Positions 11,812 through 27,556 of a stretch of DNA of 64,000 nt are shown piece by piece. The DNA comes from Basidiobolus meristosporus CBS 931.73 (lineage: Eukaryota > Fungi > Basidiobolomycota). The notes beneath the pieces were generated by a model that had not been told where the DNA came from, did not search any database, and was given only the letters and a program-made list of their open reading frames with translations. Numbering within the stretch: the stretch's first letter is position 1; the number at the start of each line of letters is the position of its first letter. The stretch covers positions 108,276 through 172,275 of the forward strand of contig MCFE01000101.1 of assembly GCA_002104905.1 (NCBI GenBank), given 5' to 3'. Position numbers and translations under genes: made by a program.

Positions 11812-13816
11812 TTAACTTCTGAACCTAAGTGCCCGAGCCCAAAATCGCAAGATCAACAAATCATGATCCTTGATCCCCAGAACGTTCAGGAAATCCTTGA
11901 TCGCATTTGGGTTCTCCCCACCGCCGGCCCGGACAAATTGGATGAACTGCTTGGTTTTTCTTTGGAGAGATTAATGAGTGGTCAGAGTGAGGCGGGATCG
12001 GCGTACTAACCTGAGCCAGTTCTCTTTCAGGATGATGATCTGCATGTGGATGATTTGGGGGGACAACGGGAGCTTGAGGACCGCTTCTAGTTGGTCCATG
12101 AACGACGGGGTTTCTCGCGAGTCTTCCTCCGAGTCTTTGCTCAACTCGTCACTTCCAAAATCCAGCCTCCAATCTTTTCCGTCCCCTAGATGTTTGGCAA
12201 GAATCAAGGATAACAGGGCCATCATGTTAATAAGCACAAGTCCAGTGAGGTCGTGGCGAAAAGGATATCCAGCAGCACCGAACTACTCTTGTCCACATCT
12301 TCCGGGAACTCGGCGTCTTTTTGCAACCCCAGCAGGTTGCATTTCCATATCTCTTGATAGCTGGCCTCATAGCTCATCACCGAACTGCACCCCAACGGAA
12401 TGATCTCCTGCAAAGCAACCTGCTTAGCCCAGGAATCCCACAAACAGCCGTTGACTTACCTGCAGCACGGAGATGATGGACTTGACGAGTGGCTCCTCGT
12501 CTCCTCTCACTATCACCTGGTTCCCGATCACGCAGTTGAACACCAGTTTTCGGAACGCCTTGTGCTCCAGAAGCTTCTCCAGCTCTAGTAGGTTCTTGAT
12601 ACTGGCACGAGGATGTTCCTCTTGGATGGATATCTTCTGAGACTTCATAGTATTGGATATCGCATCTATGAAGGAGTTGTTGAAAAGGCCTGAATCGTCA
12701 CTTGATCCGATCTGTTGATCAGCAAACCAAAGTCAGTAAGTGCCGTTGCATCTAGAGCTGGGGATACGCACCATGGGCTGTCCTTCGACCTGCTTTTCCT
12801 GGAGTCTCCGACTGCACGCCTTCAAGATCCAACTGAAGTTGGCGTGTAGATTAACAAACAGGTTCTAAATGCAAACATGATGAGACAGTGGGCCCAATCA
12901 AACCAGCCAGGTGGCCGAGTGCTACCTTGACACCGAGTAGCTCATCCAAGGACCTAAGGGATTGGCTTCCTCGCCGTCTCAGAAACTGGTCCGGTGCCAC
13001 AGGGCCGAAGGAGCTTCGGTTTCGCATTAGGTCTTGCGGGCTATCTAGGAGAGACGCCTTCTCTTTGTCATACACCTTCTCCGCCTTCTCCTGGAGCTCG
13101 GACGCGAGCGCCTTGAATTTCTTGACCAGGAAGGGCCACGAGGTGACGAGATACAGCCGGTCGGACATCAGAAATATGAAGCTGTACCACCGCTGTGACC
13201 CTCGGGCTTGGCGATCCTTCAGTTTGAACATGTACGACAAGACGTACCCGTTTTTGTCGTCGCCAAATAGGACCGGCCCTTCACGGCCAGGGCAGAACTC
13301 GCAACTGAGACTTCTCACGCAGGCCTGACGCAAGGCCGAGTATAGTCGAGGGTGTAGCGGCGACCGAGAGCCAATATACGTCACATCAGGTGTTTCGAGA
13401 TCTCTGGTTAAAAAGCCCTTCGCCTCGGTTGAGCGTGTGGCCAAAGAAGCGTCGGAGGCCGGGTCCAAATCACCGGGGATTTCTAAGGGAGGCAGGTTGG
13501 CTGTACATGAAGGGCATTGTGAGGATTGTGAGGGGAAAGTGAAGGTGTTGGGCTCGGTGTTTCTTCTTACGGTGGGTGGAGTGGATGCGGTCGGATTAAC
13601 GGGGTTCTGGGGTTTGTTGAGGGAAGGATTGATGGCGTGTGAATAGGAGAAAGAATAAGAGGTGGATAAAGAAAGGTTGTGTTGAGGGTACGGGGAATCG
13701 GGACTAACAGCGTCTGATAAAAACATAGAATGTGAAGCATGGTAAGGTTGGGTGCAAAATACAACACTGGGCCCGTGGACTTCACAAAAATGTACGAGGG
13801 ACACTAGGGCATTCAT
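11812..13816 (-). CDS. FLCN: Folliculin (FLCN/Lst7/BHD), multi-exon
   Basis: MNALVSLVHFCEVHGPSVVFCTQ, LRQACVRSLSCEFCPGREGPVLFGD, FKLKDRQARGSQRWYS; last exon ...DFLNVLGIKDHDLLILRFWARALRFRS* with stop at 11812. Confidence 0.9.
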
Positions 13817-14305
13817 GGTCCACTGGGGCGGGAGAGCGAGTGAATTCAGCAAATGCCAAGGGGAAACCTTCACCTCTAAAAACCGTCTATAAGGAGGGAA
13901 CTATTAACAAGATAAAGTAGCGAAAGAGCGTGGGCGGCAGAGTAGGCAGCAAATTAAAACACTTCAAATGGCCGCTTTCATTGGGCGTGTTCATTACAAT
14001 AAATGATTATTAATGGAGATGGACCCAAATCAAATGACCTTGATTCCAGTTCAACCATGTGTGTACATGTGACTAATGGTCATCCGCTGACTCTGAATAC
14101 TGGGAGATGGGACATATTCAGGTGATTCTGTAAATGGCACTGCAAATGGCACTGCAAATGGCTCTGTAAATGGCTCCATTGAAAGTATGTAATTGATTGC
14201 AGACCCTGCAAAAACAAGGGATGTTGCGCGGAGCTGAGGAAAAAAATTCTTTTCTATTATAATATGCACTGGTGAGCCGGGATTTGTTTACGTGAATTGA
14301 TTAAT

Positions 14306-15232
14306 ATGTCGCTGCGCCAACTGGTGTTCGTTACTGGGAATCAGAAGAAGCTTGAGGAGGTGAAGGCTATCCTCGGGAGTGTCGTCGACTTGAAGGCCCA
14401 TAAAATTGACCGTACGTACTAGATGCAGTTTTCCTTTCGCCAAACCACCGGTTCCAACCAAACTCCCATTTAGTCCCCGAGATTCAGGGCGACTCCAAGG
14501 AGGTTTCAGCGGAGAAATGCAAGCGTGCTGCCGAGATTGTAAGCTATATTTCAGTTGATAACACCCTTTCGCGAAACTCAACCCTACGGACTTAGCTTAA
14601 CGGCCCAGTAATCACCGAGGATACCTGTCTTTGCTTTAATGCTCTTCAAGGGCTTCCAGGGCCTTATATGTATGTTTCAGAGCCGGTGCATAATGGATGG
14701 ATGTTACGTTGACCTTTTCTTCTACTACAAATAGCAAATGGTTCCTGGGTAAACTCGGTCATGATGGTACGTATTAGCCTCCCTCCCAGTCCCATTCCGC
14801 ACGTCAGTAATTTCTTTGATACTAGGGTTGAACAAAATGTTGGCTGGCTTCGAGGACAAATCGGGCTATGCTCTTTGCACCTTCGCCTACTGCCAAGGGC
14901 CTGGCCACGAGCCAATTGTGTTCGAAGGACGTACTGATGTAAGCATGAAACGCGATTTATTGTAGAGAGCCTTTCTAAGATCATTTGTCTGCTGTAGGGA
15001 ATTATTGTTCCACCTCGTGGACCAAACGACTTCGGATGGGATCCTATTTTCCAGCCCGATGGCTTTGATACGACGTAAGTGCACTCAAGCCTGCATGTAG
15101 ACGAAACACCCGATTTACTTTACGGCTGCTAGTTATGCCGAGATGTCCAAGTCCGTCAAGAACACCATTTCCCATCGTTTCCGGGCCATCGAGAAGCTGA
15201 AGGAATTCCTTGATCAGCAAGAAAAAGCATAG
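14306..15232 (+). CDS. HAM1: Inosine triphosphate pyrophosphatase (Ham1/ITPA), multi-exon
   Basis: [64 protein letters not shown], reconstructed across several short introns. Confidence 0.92.
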
Positions 15233-15392
15233 ATTTGAGCAAAATAAATAGCAAGTTTCTAGATAACTTGGATAAACATGGGATAATATAGGCAAACGTG
15301 GGGAAGATATGGGGAATAGCTTCAGGTATTGAACAGAGGTAAACTAAGATCAGAGGTACGGAATAGGGGCAGCTGATACGTTCTGCATTGAT

Positions 15393-15713
15393 TCACTCCA
15401 AAGTATCCTGTGTCCTTCTCGTGGTCGCCTTGGAGCGCTCACGAACCACTTTACTCTTGCTCAACAGGCGGTCGTCGTCTTTCTCTGGATGCTTGAAATA
15501 GTTCTCCGCCGCCTGCAAGCCGTGATGCAAGACTGGACGAACGTCGTGTAGTTTCTCTTGCGCTGCGCTCTCACCATTCATAGTCTGTACAACAACCCCT
15601 TTTCTATGTTGCGGAAACCTTTTTTGGTCATGGGCATCGAGTATGTTTTCCTGTAATACAGTGGCAGCAACGATTGAGCTGATCACGAGCAAAGCTAGTA
15701 GTTTGTAGAACAT
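15393..15713 (-). CDS. Small secreted hypothetical protein (106 aa)
   Basis: Signal-peptide-like MFYKLLALLVISSIVAA followed by a charged mature region; single exon; family not recognised. Confidence 0.55.
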   Translation of the reverse strand: MFYKLLALLVISSIVAATVLQENILDAHDQKRFPQHRKGVVVQTMNGESAAQEKLHDVRPVLHHGLQAAENYFKHPEKDDDRLLSKSKVVRERSKATTRRTQDTLE

Positions 15714-15889
15714 TATGTATGTAAGATAAGTCATCTCCCTGGGAATGGTGGCAATTTATACTACTAATGATGAAACAGCTTTGTTTTTCGATGCCGTGTG
15801 ATCGAGATATCAGTTCAATCTCTGGTTTGTGAATAGGAAACACTCCTTAGATCCCGTTTGTTGATGGTGAGTTTACATGTAGTGGAGAT

Positions 15890-17883
15890 TTAGTGCTGAT
15901 TTGCGAGACGGTGGGAAAGCGGTGGGAAAGCGGTGGGAAAGACCTTGTATGGATTCATGATACCATTCGGATCCAAGGCATTCTTGATCCTACGCATCAT
16001 ACTCACCATGGGTGCCGACTTCGAATAGCCAATGTAGTCCGAATTCTTTATCCCAAGTCCGTGTTCTGCTGCGATAGAGCCATTGTAGCGACTGGTCCAT
16101 TCATACACATACGGCTCTATCAGCGACTTGGCCTCGGGCGTAAATTCTTTGGCGAAGATGGTTAGATGTAGATTACCATCCCCGATGTGCCCGAACCCTA
16201 CAACATCACTCACGGGACCATTTGGTCCGAGCAGCTTCTTCTCGGCTAGTCGAGACCGGAGGTCCTCTACAATGTCATACAGCACTGGAACTGGAAGGCT
16301 GATATCGTACTTGTAGATCGGGACTGGAGCTCCACACGCCTCACCCAATGACTCTCGAATGGCCCACAGGTTTTTGTACTGGATCATGATAGATATGTTA
16401 GCGACACGAACAAGATCATTGAATTGTTCGGAATATCACCTGTGTACGGTCTTGAGCAACCACACCATCGTCGATGATATTACTCTCCAACAGGCCTTCC
16501 AAAAAACATCCCAATTTCTGGGTCAAATGGATTAGCCAGGATTCTGGTATAGGATTGTTCTATGGCTACGAACCTCGCTATCATGATCGTTGTTGGACCC
16601 ACTGGTCTCCACAAGAACGTAAAATGGATATTCGCTCCCAAACGGAACACGGAATTTCTTGGAGCCAAGTGTTCTGCCATAATGCAGGGATCTTGCGTCC
16701 CAAAACTCGTATGCCGATAGCACCTCCGAAAGATGCTCCTTGGCCCTTGAATAGGCATGCTGTACGCTTTGGAATGACTGCATGCCCACCAGGGCAACAT
16801 TGGTGAACTTGGGACGCTTGGGCGTCAGGAGGGAAACCCCAGTTACTATCCCCAGAGTCCCTTCGGATCCGATGAACAGTTGCTTTATATCATACCCCGT
16901 ATTGTCCTTTCGCAACGCCGAAAGCCCATCCACTATGGTTCCGTCGGCCAGCACCACCTCCAGCCCCAGGATGTTACCGTGGAGCGATCCATACCGAAGC
17001 AACCGAATACCGCCAGCATTCGTGGACACATTCCCACCTATCTGGCAGCTGTAAACAATGAACGAGAGGGTTACCGGCCGCGAGAAATAGGGCTACTGAC
17101 CATATGCTCGACCTACCTTCCTTTGGACCCTAAATCCAATGGAACTATGTATCCTCGCTCGGCAAGATAATTATCCAGATGCTCCAAGATGCACCCGGAT
17201 TCACACAGCACAACGCCAGACAGTGGATCGAATTTACGTATCCGATTCAGGTTGGAGGTGTTTACGATGATCTCGTCGAATATTGGCACGCTGCCCCCTG
17301 GGGTTTAATTCGATCAGCATTGGATTTGTTTGATGTACGATGGCCCTTTATACCCGACGCTCCGGTGTTTCCTCCCTGGGGTACGACGGCAAGCCTGCAG
17401 CAAAAATCTCAGTTCCCAGTGACATCCACATCCGTAGGAGATGCCCTTCACCTTTTGGCGTTGCAATAACTTAGCAACTTCGCCACTTGCTCAGTGCTAT
17501 GCGGCTTTAAAACCACCTGGGACTGGCCTCTATAACACTTGAACCAGTCCTGGTTGTATGGGATTAAATCGTCCTCTGTTGTATGAGCACCGTCTACCAC
17601 GAGCACACTTTCTGTCGGAAGGAGTTGCTTGAAGTATTGCACATCCTCGGGCGTTACCTTGTCAAAGGGATCAGATGAGGCTGTCGCCTCTCAGCATCAG
17701 ATGCAACTATACCTTGCTGAACTTTGAGTCTCGCTTGTAATGTTTATAACTATCTGAGGTCAGTGGCACTTGTATGCTTGGCTTCTCCGTCTCACACTGG
17801 ACTGGAGCGATTTTCAAAGTACCCAGCCTACGGGCACCGACTGCCTTGAGGATACCGCTTGTCGAGAATCGAAGTAAGTTCAT
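15890..17883 (-). CDS. DLD2: Mitochondrial D-2-hydroxyglutarate/D-lactate dehydrogenase (FAD-linked oxidase type 4), multi-exon
   Basis: Presequence [20 protein letters not shown]; motifs [74 protein letters not shown]. Confidence 0.92.
15909..15941. repeat. 11-bp unit x3 inside the last codons of DLD2
   Basis: CGGTGGGAAAG x3, perfect. Confidence 0.95.
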
Positions 17884-18404
17884 GTTGTGAATGGCTGACT
17901 CCGAATAGGACTTCATTTATACACTCATTCACATGTCCAGTTGTAACAATTGCCAGTTTAAGATCATCCACCCATTTACAATTAGATTTGGAAGTATTGT
18001 TAAGTTTTGTTACTCTTCGATCATCCCATTGGATCCTGATGGAATGACATACCATAGATTTGGCCTTGACTCATCCTTGACGAGGATTCGCTTGGATTTG
18101 AGCAAAACATGGGGCGTGCGAATTAGCGGTGCTTGGGAAATTGTCTCGTTCATGCGTCATGCTTGGACACTGCTACGAGCCTTCCCCAAAGCGACCACGA
18201 AGCTAGAACAGATCGATGGTTTGAATGGTTTTATTAACATGTACAATGACTGTTGTACTCGTAGACTACAACTAGAACACACCATCAAAGGAGGGCCACT
18301 TCATATACTTCATTAAAACCTGAGTGAATGTCCATTATTAATGCTGGGAATATGAAGGCCTTAGTTTGACTTGGTTTTCTATCGGCTTAATAAACCAAAT
18401 GAAT

Positions 18405-19663
18405 TTAGTTGGATTCAGGAGCGGCTTCGGTAGCGGCGGCCTTCTTCTTGTTCTTCTTCTTGTTACGGACAGAGGTAGCAAGCAACTTGAGAACCTCCTC
18501 ATCTTGGACAGACTTCTCAGACTTGACAACCTCAGCATCGAAGAGAGAGTTGGTGATCTTGAGGGGTCCGGAAGGCATCAACAAGACGGTGAAGACGTAT
18601 TGGGCAACATATTCGCTCTCCTTCTCGGTGTAGACATCGAAAGGTTGGACCAAACCACGGTTGGCGCATTCAACGATACCCATACGAGCCTTCTTCTCAT
18701 CCTCCATGGATCTCAAGGAGAAAGGATAACCACCGAACTTGGTGGAGATCTCAGAGTAGGCAGCACGGGAAGCCTTCATCTTGAGTTGGTAGGTGGAGCC
18801 AGTCTTCTTGTAGATGGTGGTACGGGTCTCGGATTGCTTGGCCTTACCATCGCCAGAGGAGACAAGAATGTCAACAACGTAGACTTCGTTCTCCAAGAAC
18901 TCGGCCTTCTCGAAGCTTTGTCTTTGGGATTCGCTGGGGTTCAAGATGATTTGCTTCTTTCCATCGAGAACGTTTCTTTCTTGTTGGTAGGAGAGCATAC
19001 CCTCAACAGCCTTGGTACCGAAGGCATCGGTGACCTTTTGAACAGTTTCAGTAACTTCCATGTTCTTGTGTCCAGGCTTGATCAATCTGACGGCAGCCTC
19101 GGCAGCAAGGTGGGCAGCTTGCATAACATCGGCTTGCTTACCAGTGACTGGCTTGTCCTTGGAGGCACCGATGACGATGGTGTGACCGGCAATAGCGGCA
19201 TAACCATCAACTTGGGCACCAAGTTGGATCTTGACCATATCACCAGTCTTCAAGGTCTGAGCAGCCTCAGGGTCACTGGGAAGAGGGGAGAAGTGGCAGA
19301 CAACGTTGTTGGGAGAAACGCAAGTGGGGAATCCAACACCCTTGGGAAGCTTTCCCTTGGTGTAGACCTTCTTGACCTCCTCTTCGATAAGCTTGTCACC
19401 GAGGGTACAGATGTCGAGAATCTTGGCACCATCAACAGCGGCGTCAATGACCTTCTTGAGGACACCTATATTGAGCGATCATAAGTATGGGAGCGGTGAA
19501 CAGGGGTCGAAAGGCGCTTATATGCTTTCGCGGACCGAAAGTGAAATAGATACGTACGGTTGGAGATATCAGCAGCAGTCTTGTACTTGGTGACTACGTC
19601 GGGGTTGGAGATGGTGACATCTTCAACCTTCTCTTCGACGGTTTCCTTCTTAACGTCAGACAT
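18405..19663 (-). CDS. PA2G4: Proliferation-associated 2G4 / Ebp1 / Cdb4 (MetAP2 fold), 2 exons
   Basis: MSDVKKETVEEKVEDVTISNPDVVTKYKTAADISN, intron, then GDMVKIQLGAQVDG...YQLKMKASR...PFSLRS, ending in a Lys-rich tail KKKNKKKA. Confidence 0.92.
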
Positions 19664-20101
19664 GATCAGTTCGGAAATAGATAATGGTAAGAGGTTCAAA
19701 GCTCTTGAATTACTTTACCTGTTATACTCGCGAAATTTTTTGTGGACACTCCATGCAGTGAAAAAAAAAGGACACAATTAGAAAAAAAGAGATCACGTGA
19801 GTTATGTCGATAATTTCCAAGCGAATGATTGATTTGATAATACGGCACTTGAGCACAGAGTAGTTACGTTGCTAGACCTAATGCTGTATTGACCACAAAA
19901 TCACCAATCATTTTCAAACTTCAGGTTACGTCAAACGCAAGTGGTTTAGTCAAGTGGATGGCGACTGCTACGTAATATTGAGCAGGATTTGATGGATAGC
20001 ATTGAAGGATACATTTCGAGGTAGCGTATGGTTTGGACCAGGGGATAATTTATTACCTTTTGTTACCAACTAATTAAGGGGTTGATGTTATCTAGGGAAA
20101 A

Positions 20102-21145
20102 CTAGTGTTTGGCAGCATTCCTGTTGGCGACCCAGGCTTTAAGCTTGTCACCACCGAAAACCAAGCAGACAGTCTGCCACATTCCGAGTCCGATTCTGGG
20201 AGTAATACCACGGTATAGCCCCTTCAATCCATGGTTTTGCCAGATGTATTTGGCGGCAGAGACAATGGTCAGATTTTCCGGACGGCCAGGCTGTTTGATT
20301 TGTGATTGCATCTCAACACGGATTACTTCTATAGGTTGGTTCCAGCATGCCAATCCGCCGCCAATAGCAGAGGCTGCTATCTTTTGCATGTTTGTCAGAG
20401 GCTTCGTAGGGTCTTCCTCCTTCCGTAGTTTGAAGATCATGCTTTCAGCTACTCTGGCAAACCCCAATCTACCTCCCCAGTTGGTGCATTGGCGCAGGGC
20501 CACTGCATTCACCCCCTTGTTGATTCCTCTGATTCCCTCTCTTCGGTAGATATCTCCGGCAATCTTCCAAGTAGACAACTTCACCCCTTCACTTTTGTGC
20601 CGTGTGATCTCCACGGTTTTCATGAATGTGCAGAACCCCATTGTGGTGTACGCTTGCCCCAATCCACCTGCCATACCACCCAGTACACCCGCTGCGCCTG
20701 CAGAGAAGCCAGCCGCTCTACAGTGGTATTCTACCTCTGAGGCAGTGAAGAGCAATGCCGCACCCTTTGTACTAGCCTCAATCCATGCCCACGGGATTAA
20801 GCCCTGATAAAACCCAGCAAAGCCGCCACGCATCCAGGTTTTTTTGAAGGCAGTGACTAAGCTGTCGCTTCTGTTGGCGGCCATGTGGGTTTTCAACACC
20901 TCGAATGGCTGCCCAAGGGTGGTGATTTCAAACACAGTTAGACCAGCACCAATTCTGGCCGATTGGGGGAATGTGACTGCCATTACTACAGTTATCAACT
21001 TGGGGAAAGTCACAAAACCAACTTACCCTAGATTTGACCAGGATATAGGCTTCTTCTGTATAACAGTTTGGGTTGTTGTGGTGGACTTTAGGTCGGGTAC
21101 AACGACTGGGACAGGATCTGTTGGTGTGACTGCAAGCTGAACCAT
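20102..21145 (-). CDS. YHM2: Mitochondrial citrate/oxoglutarate carrier, 2 exons
   Basis: KKPISWSNLG|IGAGLTVFEITTLGQPFEVLKTHMAANR, GFYQGLIPWAWIEASTKG, NAVALRQCTNWG, WNQPIEVIRVEMQS. ATG 21145 is the first in-frame ATG. Confidence 0.9.
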
Positions 21146-22339
21146 CGGAAATTGAGTATCAAGTGAGTAACAGGCACGCGGTGAAGCAGTATTCGAGTTA
21201 AAGAGGGACAACTAGGGGGGCTTTCAACGAGCGTAATCAAGGGGAAAGGCAGTATTTAGCCTGGCAGATATAGGGGGTGAGGCTGCTCCAGGATATACTT
21301 CCATTGGATACAAATCCTGGGTATCCATTAGAACGCTGCCATCATGACAGGTGGGTGTTTTCATTCCTTCACATCAAGCCAATCATGTAATGGCTTTTCA
21401 GCAAAGCATATGATAAACGTATGTCATCAGACTGCATCATCAGCATTCCTCACCAAAGGCGCCAATTGTTTCTTTAGCAAATGCCGTCTATTTTGAGACT
21501 AGCATGTCCACTTGACCAACAATCCCAGAAATGCTATTGTATTACGGTTGGAAGCACAGCACACAAATAGATTAAATATCCAAAAAGCGGTTCAAGTCTG
21601 GATAGGCGCATACACCTAGCGCTGCACCTGAATCAACTTTACCAAGGACCAGATATGAAGAGTGGTCTGAGGAGAAACAGGATGAGACACAAGAATCATC
21701 GACATGCGGGTGAGATACAGGAGGAGATACAAGAATTAGCGCTGTGGCATGTAAGTGCAATGGGTGTTTTGAGTCAGAGTCCTACGAACAACAAATAAAG
21801 TAAACAACCGATCTGATAGATTGAAACAAGTAACTCTCCATAATAATAATAATATAGAATAACCACTATAATAATAATATAGAATAATTACTACCTTCTA
21901 GAAATCCATTGCACAAACATTCTCTTAATTACAATATAATAACACATACTGGATTTCTATTGACAGACATATCAACACGAATAAGAAAATTCCCGCATCC
22001 AATACCCCAGGTTAGGAGTTAATTGGCTGAGCTCGAGACTGACCATTGGCTCCAAGCTTCGTATTGACGTAGCTAAACTGGATCGATCTAATATAAGTAA
22101 GCCAAATGATTAGTACATATATTGATGGGTACATTGGATTCGTCAGCTGAGCCGAGACCACCCATCAGTGTGTTGAAAAAAACTGGTCGTTACCACCAAT
22201 GACGTGAGAGGCAGGATTTTTCTTCACCAGTATAAAGTCCGTAGTCAACACAACGGTACCTCCACTTCGCCCCTTGTTGGTTCCAACATACCATTTTGTA
22301 CATTAAACATAGCATCAAAGCCCTATCCCAGTTAATATT

Positions 22340-22636
22340 ATGTTGGATTACTTCTTCGATTTCATGTTGATGGAGAACCTGTTGGGTAGCTGCAATCGCA
22401 AGCTTCGTAAATACAATCGTTCAAAAAAGAGAGATCAACACCTGCGGAACCGACTGCTCTTGATCAACTTCCGCAAAGCGGCCAAGCGGGAAATCGCAGC
22501 CCTCAATGAGGATGAGGAGATCGAGTTTGTGGAGGTGCCTATCCCATCTCAGAGCTCCCCACAATCGTTGGATGCGATGGCTGGTAAGAACGGCCCCCAA
22601 AACATCATTCACCAAATATTCACCTGGTTATTTTAA
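22340..22636 (+). CDS. Hypothetical 98-aa protein with a SERTA/ECM13-like helical motif
   Basis: TATAAA at about 22231; ATG 22340; motif SCNRKLRKYNRSKKRDQHLRNRLLLINFRKAAKREI followed by an acidic patch. Confidence 0.45.
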   Translation: MLDYFFDFMLMENLLGSCNRKLRKYNRSKKRDQHLRNRLLLINFRKAAKREIAALNEDEEIEFVEVPIPSQSSPQSLDAMAGKNGPQNIIHQIFTWLF

Positions 22637-23388
22637 GAAACGAACGATGGCAGCGATGCTTCCCCTCGCGAGGTTTCTAGCAGTTGTGGTGTTGATGGTT
22701 GGTATTTCAAGCAGGTTTTCTATCTTATTGAACTGTTGACTAAACACTGTCGCGGATAACTTCAGAGCCATCATGTCAACCTATGTCTCATGAACCAAAT
22801 GCTCTATTCCACCCACCCAGCTCCCCAACTTCCGGCAAGCGCTGCAGCCAGGGGGTATGGAGTGAGGAGGATAGCATGCGGGCTGACAAAAGAGCTAGAT
22901 TCTGTGTCTAACGCTGGTTTCCTTATGACCAATTCATTTTGCATTTCCCACACCAAGTTCACGCATTCTCATTCTCATCCATAACATTCCCATCGGCACC
23001 TTATATAGAAACTTTTTATTCCACTAATCTCAATTTTCAGCGGTTACCTGATGATTTGTATTTCATAGTGTCTGTACAAAAATTCCACAAAAAAGTAAAC
23101 TATTTGTATGATATATTGGTCGCTTTGCTTAGTGTCAGCTGCGGGTAACATGATAAGCTTGGGTGTGAGCAATACTGAGGCAATGGCGGCTCTGTTAATA
23201 TAGTGAAGGTTGAAGGGTTAGATTGTGTATGGTATGTAATCCCGAAGTTGAGCAAAAAAATCCAAAATTTTCTTTCCAAGAGCGAATGGGATTCTCCCTT
23301 TTTTTCGAGGGCACTGATCAGTGGCTGTATTTTAGTTAGTCTTTTGTATCAGAGAGTATCGCTTCTTTCTTTCGAAACTCCTGAAGTA

Positions 23389-26518
<3,130 letters not shown>

Positions 26519-26753
26519 CTTTCTAATATATAATTTTATTCTCCCCTTGTAAGCATTCAATCTTTTCTAATTTTTGACATAACATTGTCTTAATTTTGAA
26601 AGCAAAATAAATAGCTTCTCAATTTACACATTCATGGATATGCACTTCGATGAAGATTAGCATACATTCTTGGTGAAATGGGTTTTATATACTTTGAATC
26701 TACTCTTAGACTATGCTTGGTGCTTGGTTAAACTAGGTAATGCAATTTCATTT

Positions 26754-27300
26754 CTATTTCGAGAGCTTGGCTGCTTCTTCGGCGGCGCGGTTGCGGTGAA
26801 CACGTCTCTTGACAACATATTCAGCCAAGCGTTTTGGGAATAGGTCATCACGCATATGACCAGCTGGGATATTTGTCATCAGAATTACAATCCTATTTGG
26901 GTAATGAACAGACTCGGAGCTAACTTACGTTTAACAGTAACAATGTCGTCTATATCGAAAAAAAGATACAGCTAACATTAGTATGGAGGTTGCGTGGAGC
27001 AGGTCAATATCCTCGTTAAAACCATGGCAGACTCTGCTTACCTTTTTTGCCAAGATTCTTTACATCCGCCAATAGCTTAATCTCGATCCCTTTCTTTTGT
27101 CTCATAACACCTGCACCACGCTAATGCAAACATTTCCGAGGAATGTTTAGCCCAAGTGACAGTCAATGCATGTCTAAGTATCCATCACTTACACGAATCT
27201 CGAGGTTGCAAAGGCCAACACGTGAAGGGGTTGAATAGCCGGTTTTTGAGAGAGTACCGGCTAAGATAGAAACAGCAGAACGAACCTTACTTTGAAACAT
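26754..27300 (-). CDS. Mitochondrial ribosomal protein bL9m, 4 exons including a 21-nt microexon (26929-26949)
   Basis: Spliced product: MFQSKVRS...LEIR|RGAGVMRQKKGIEIKLLADVKNLGKK|DDIVTVK|PGHMRDDLFPKRLAEYV..., which matches the L9 N-terminal domain motif. Not recovered by the ORF track. Confidence 0.8.
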
Positions 27301-27556
27301 GGTCAAGAAACTAGGAAAAGTAAAGCAAAAAGGAGCGGGCGAAGTTCTCAAGTGACTTTCACCAAATTCCGACCCAGAAAAGACAATTTTTTCAGAGTCC
27401 ACATAAAAATCCATGGGGGATCACCATGATATCTCATGAGAATATCCGGATCCATTGCTCATCATGAAATATTATTTGGTGATCATGTCCATCTCTGAGG
27501 AAACCATAACTAGCTAGGGCATGAGTGAGTTCTTTTGAAACCGCTTGTTGAATACG

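Noticed and set aside
14130-14180. 12-bp imperfect repeat (AAATGGCACTGC-like) in the folliculin/HAM1 promoter, and the 72-aa ORF covering it
   Set aside because: Short simple repeat; the ORF has no coding support.
18366-19484. 372-aa ORF antisense to PA2G4
   Set aside because: Shadow frame of a highly codon-biased gene that rarely uses TTA/CTA/TCA; it mirrors the sense exon and has no recognisable motifs.
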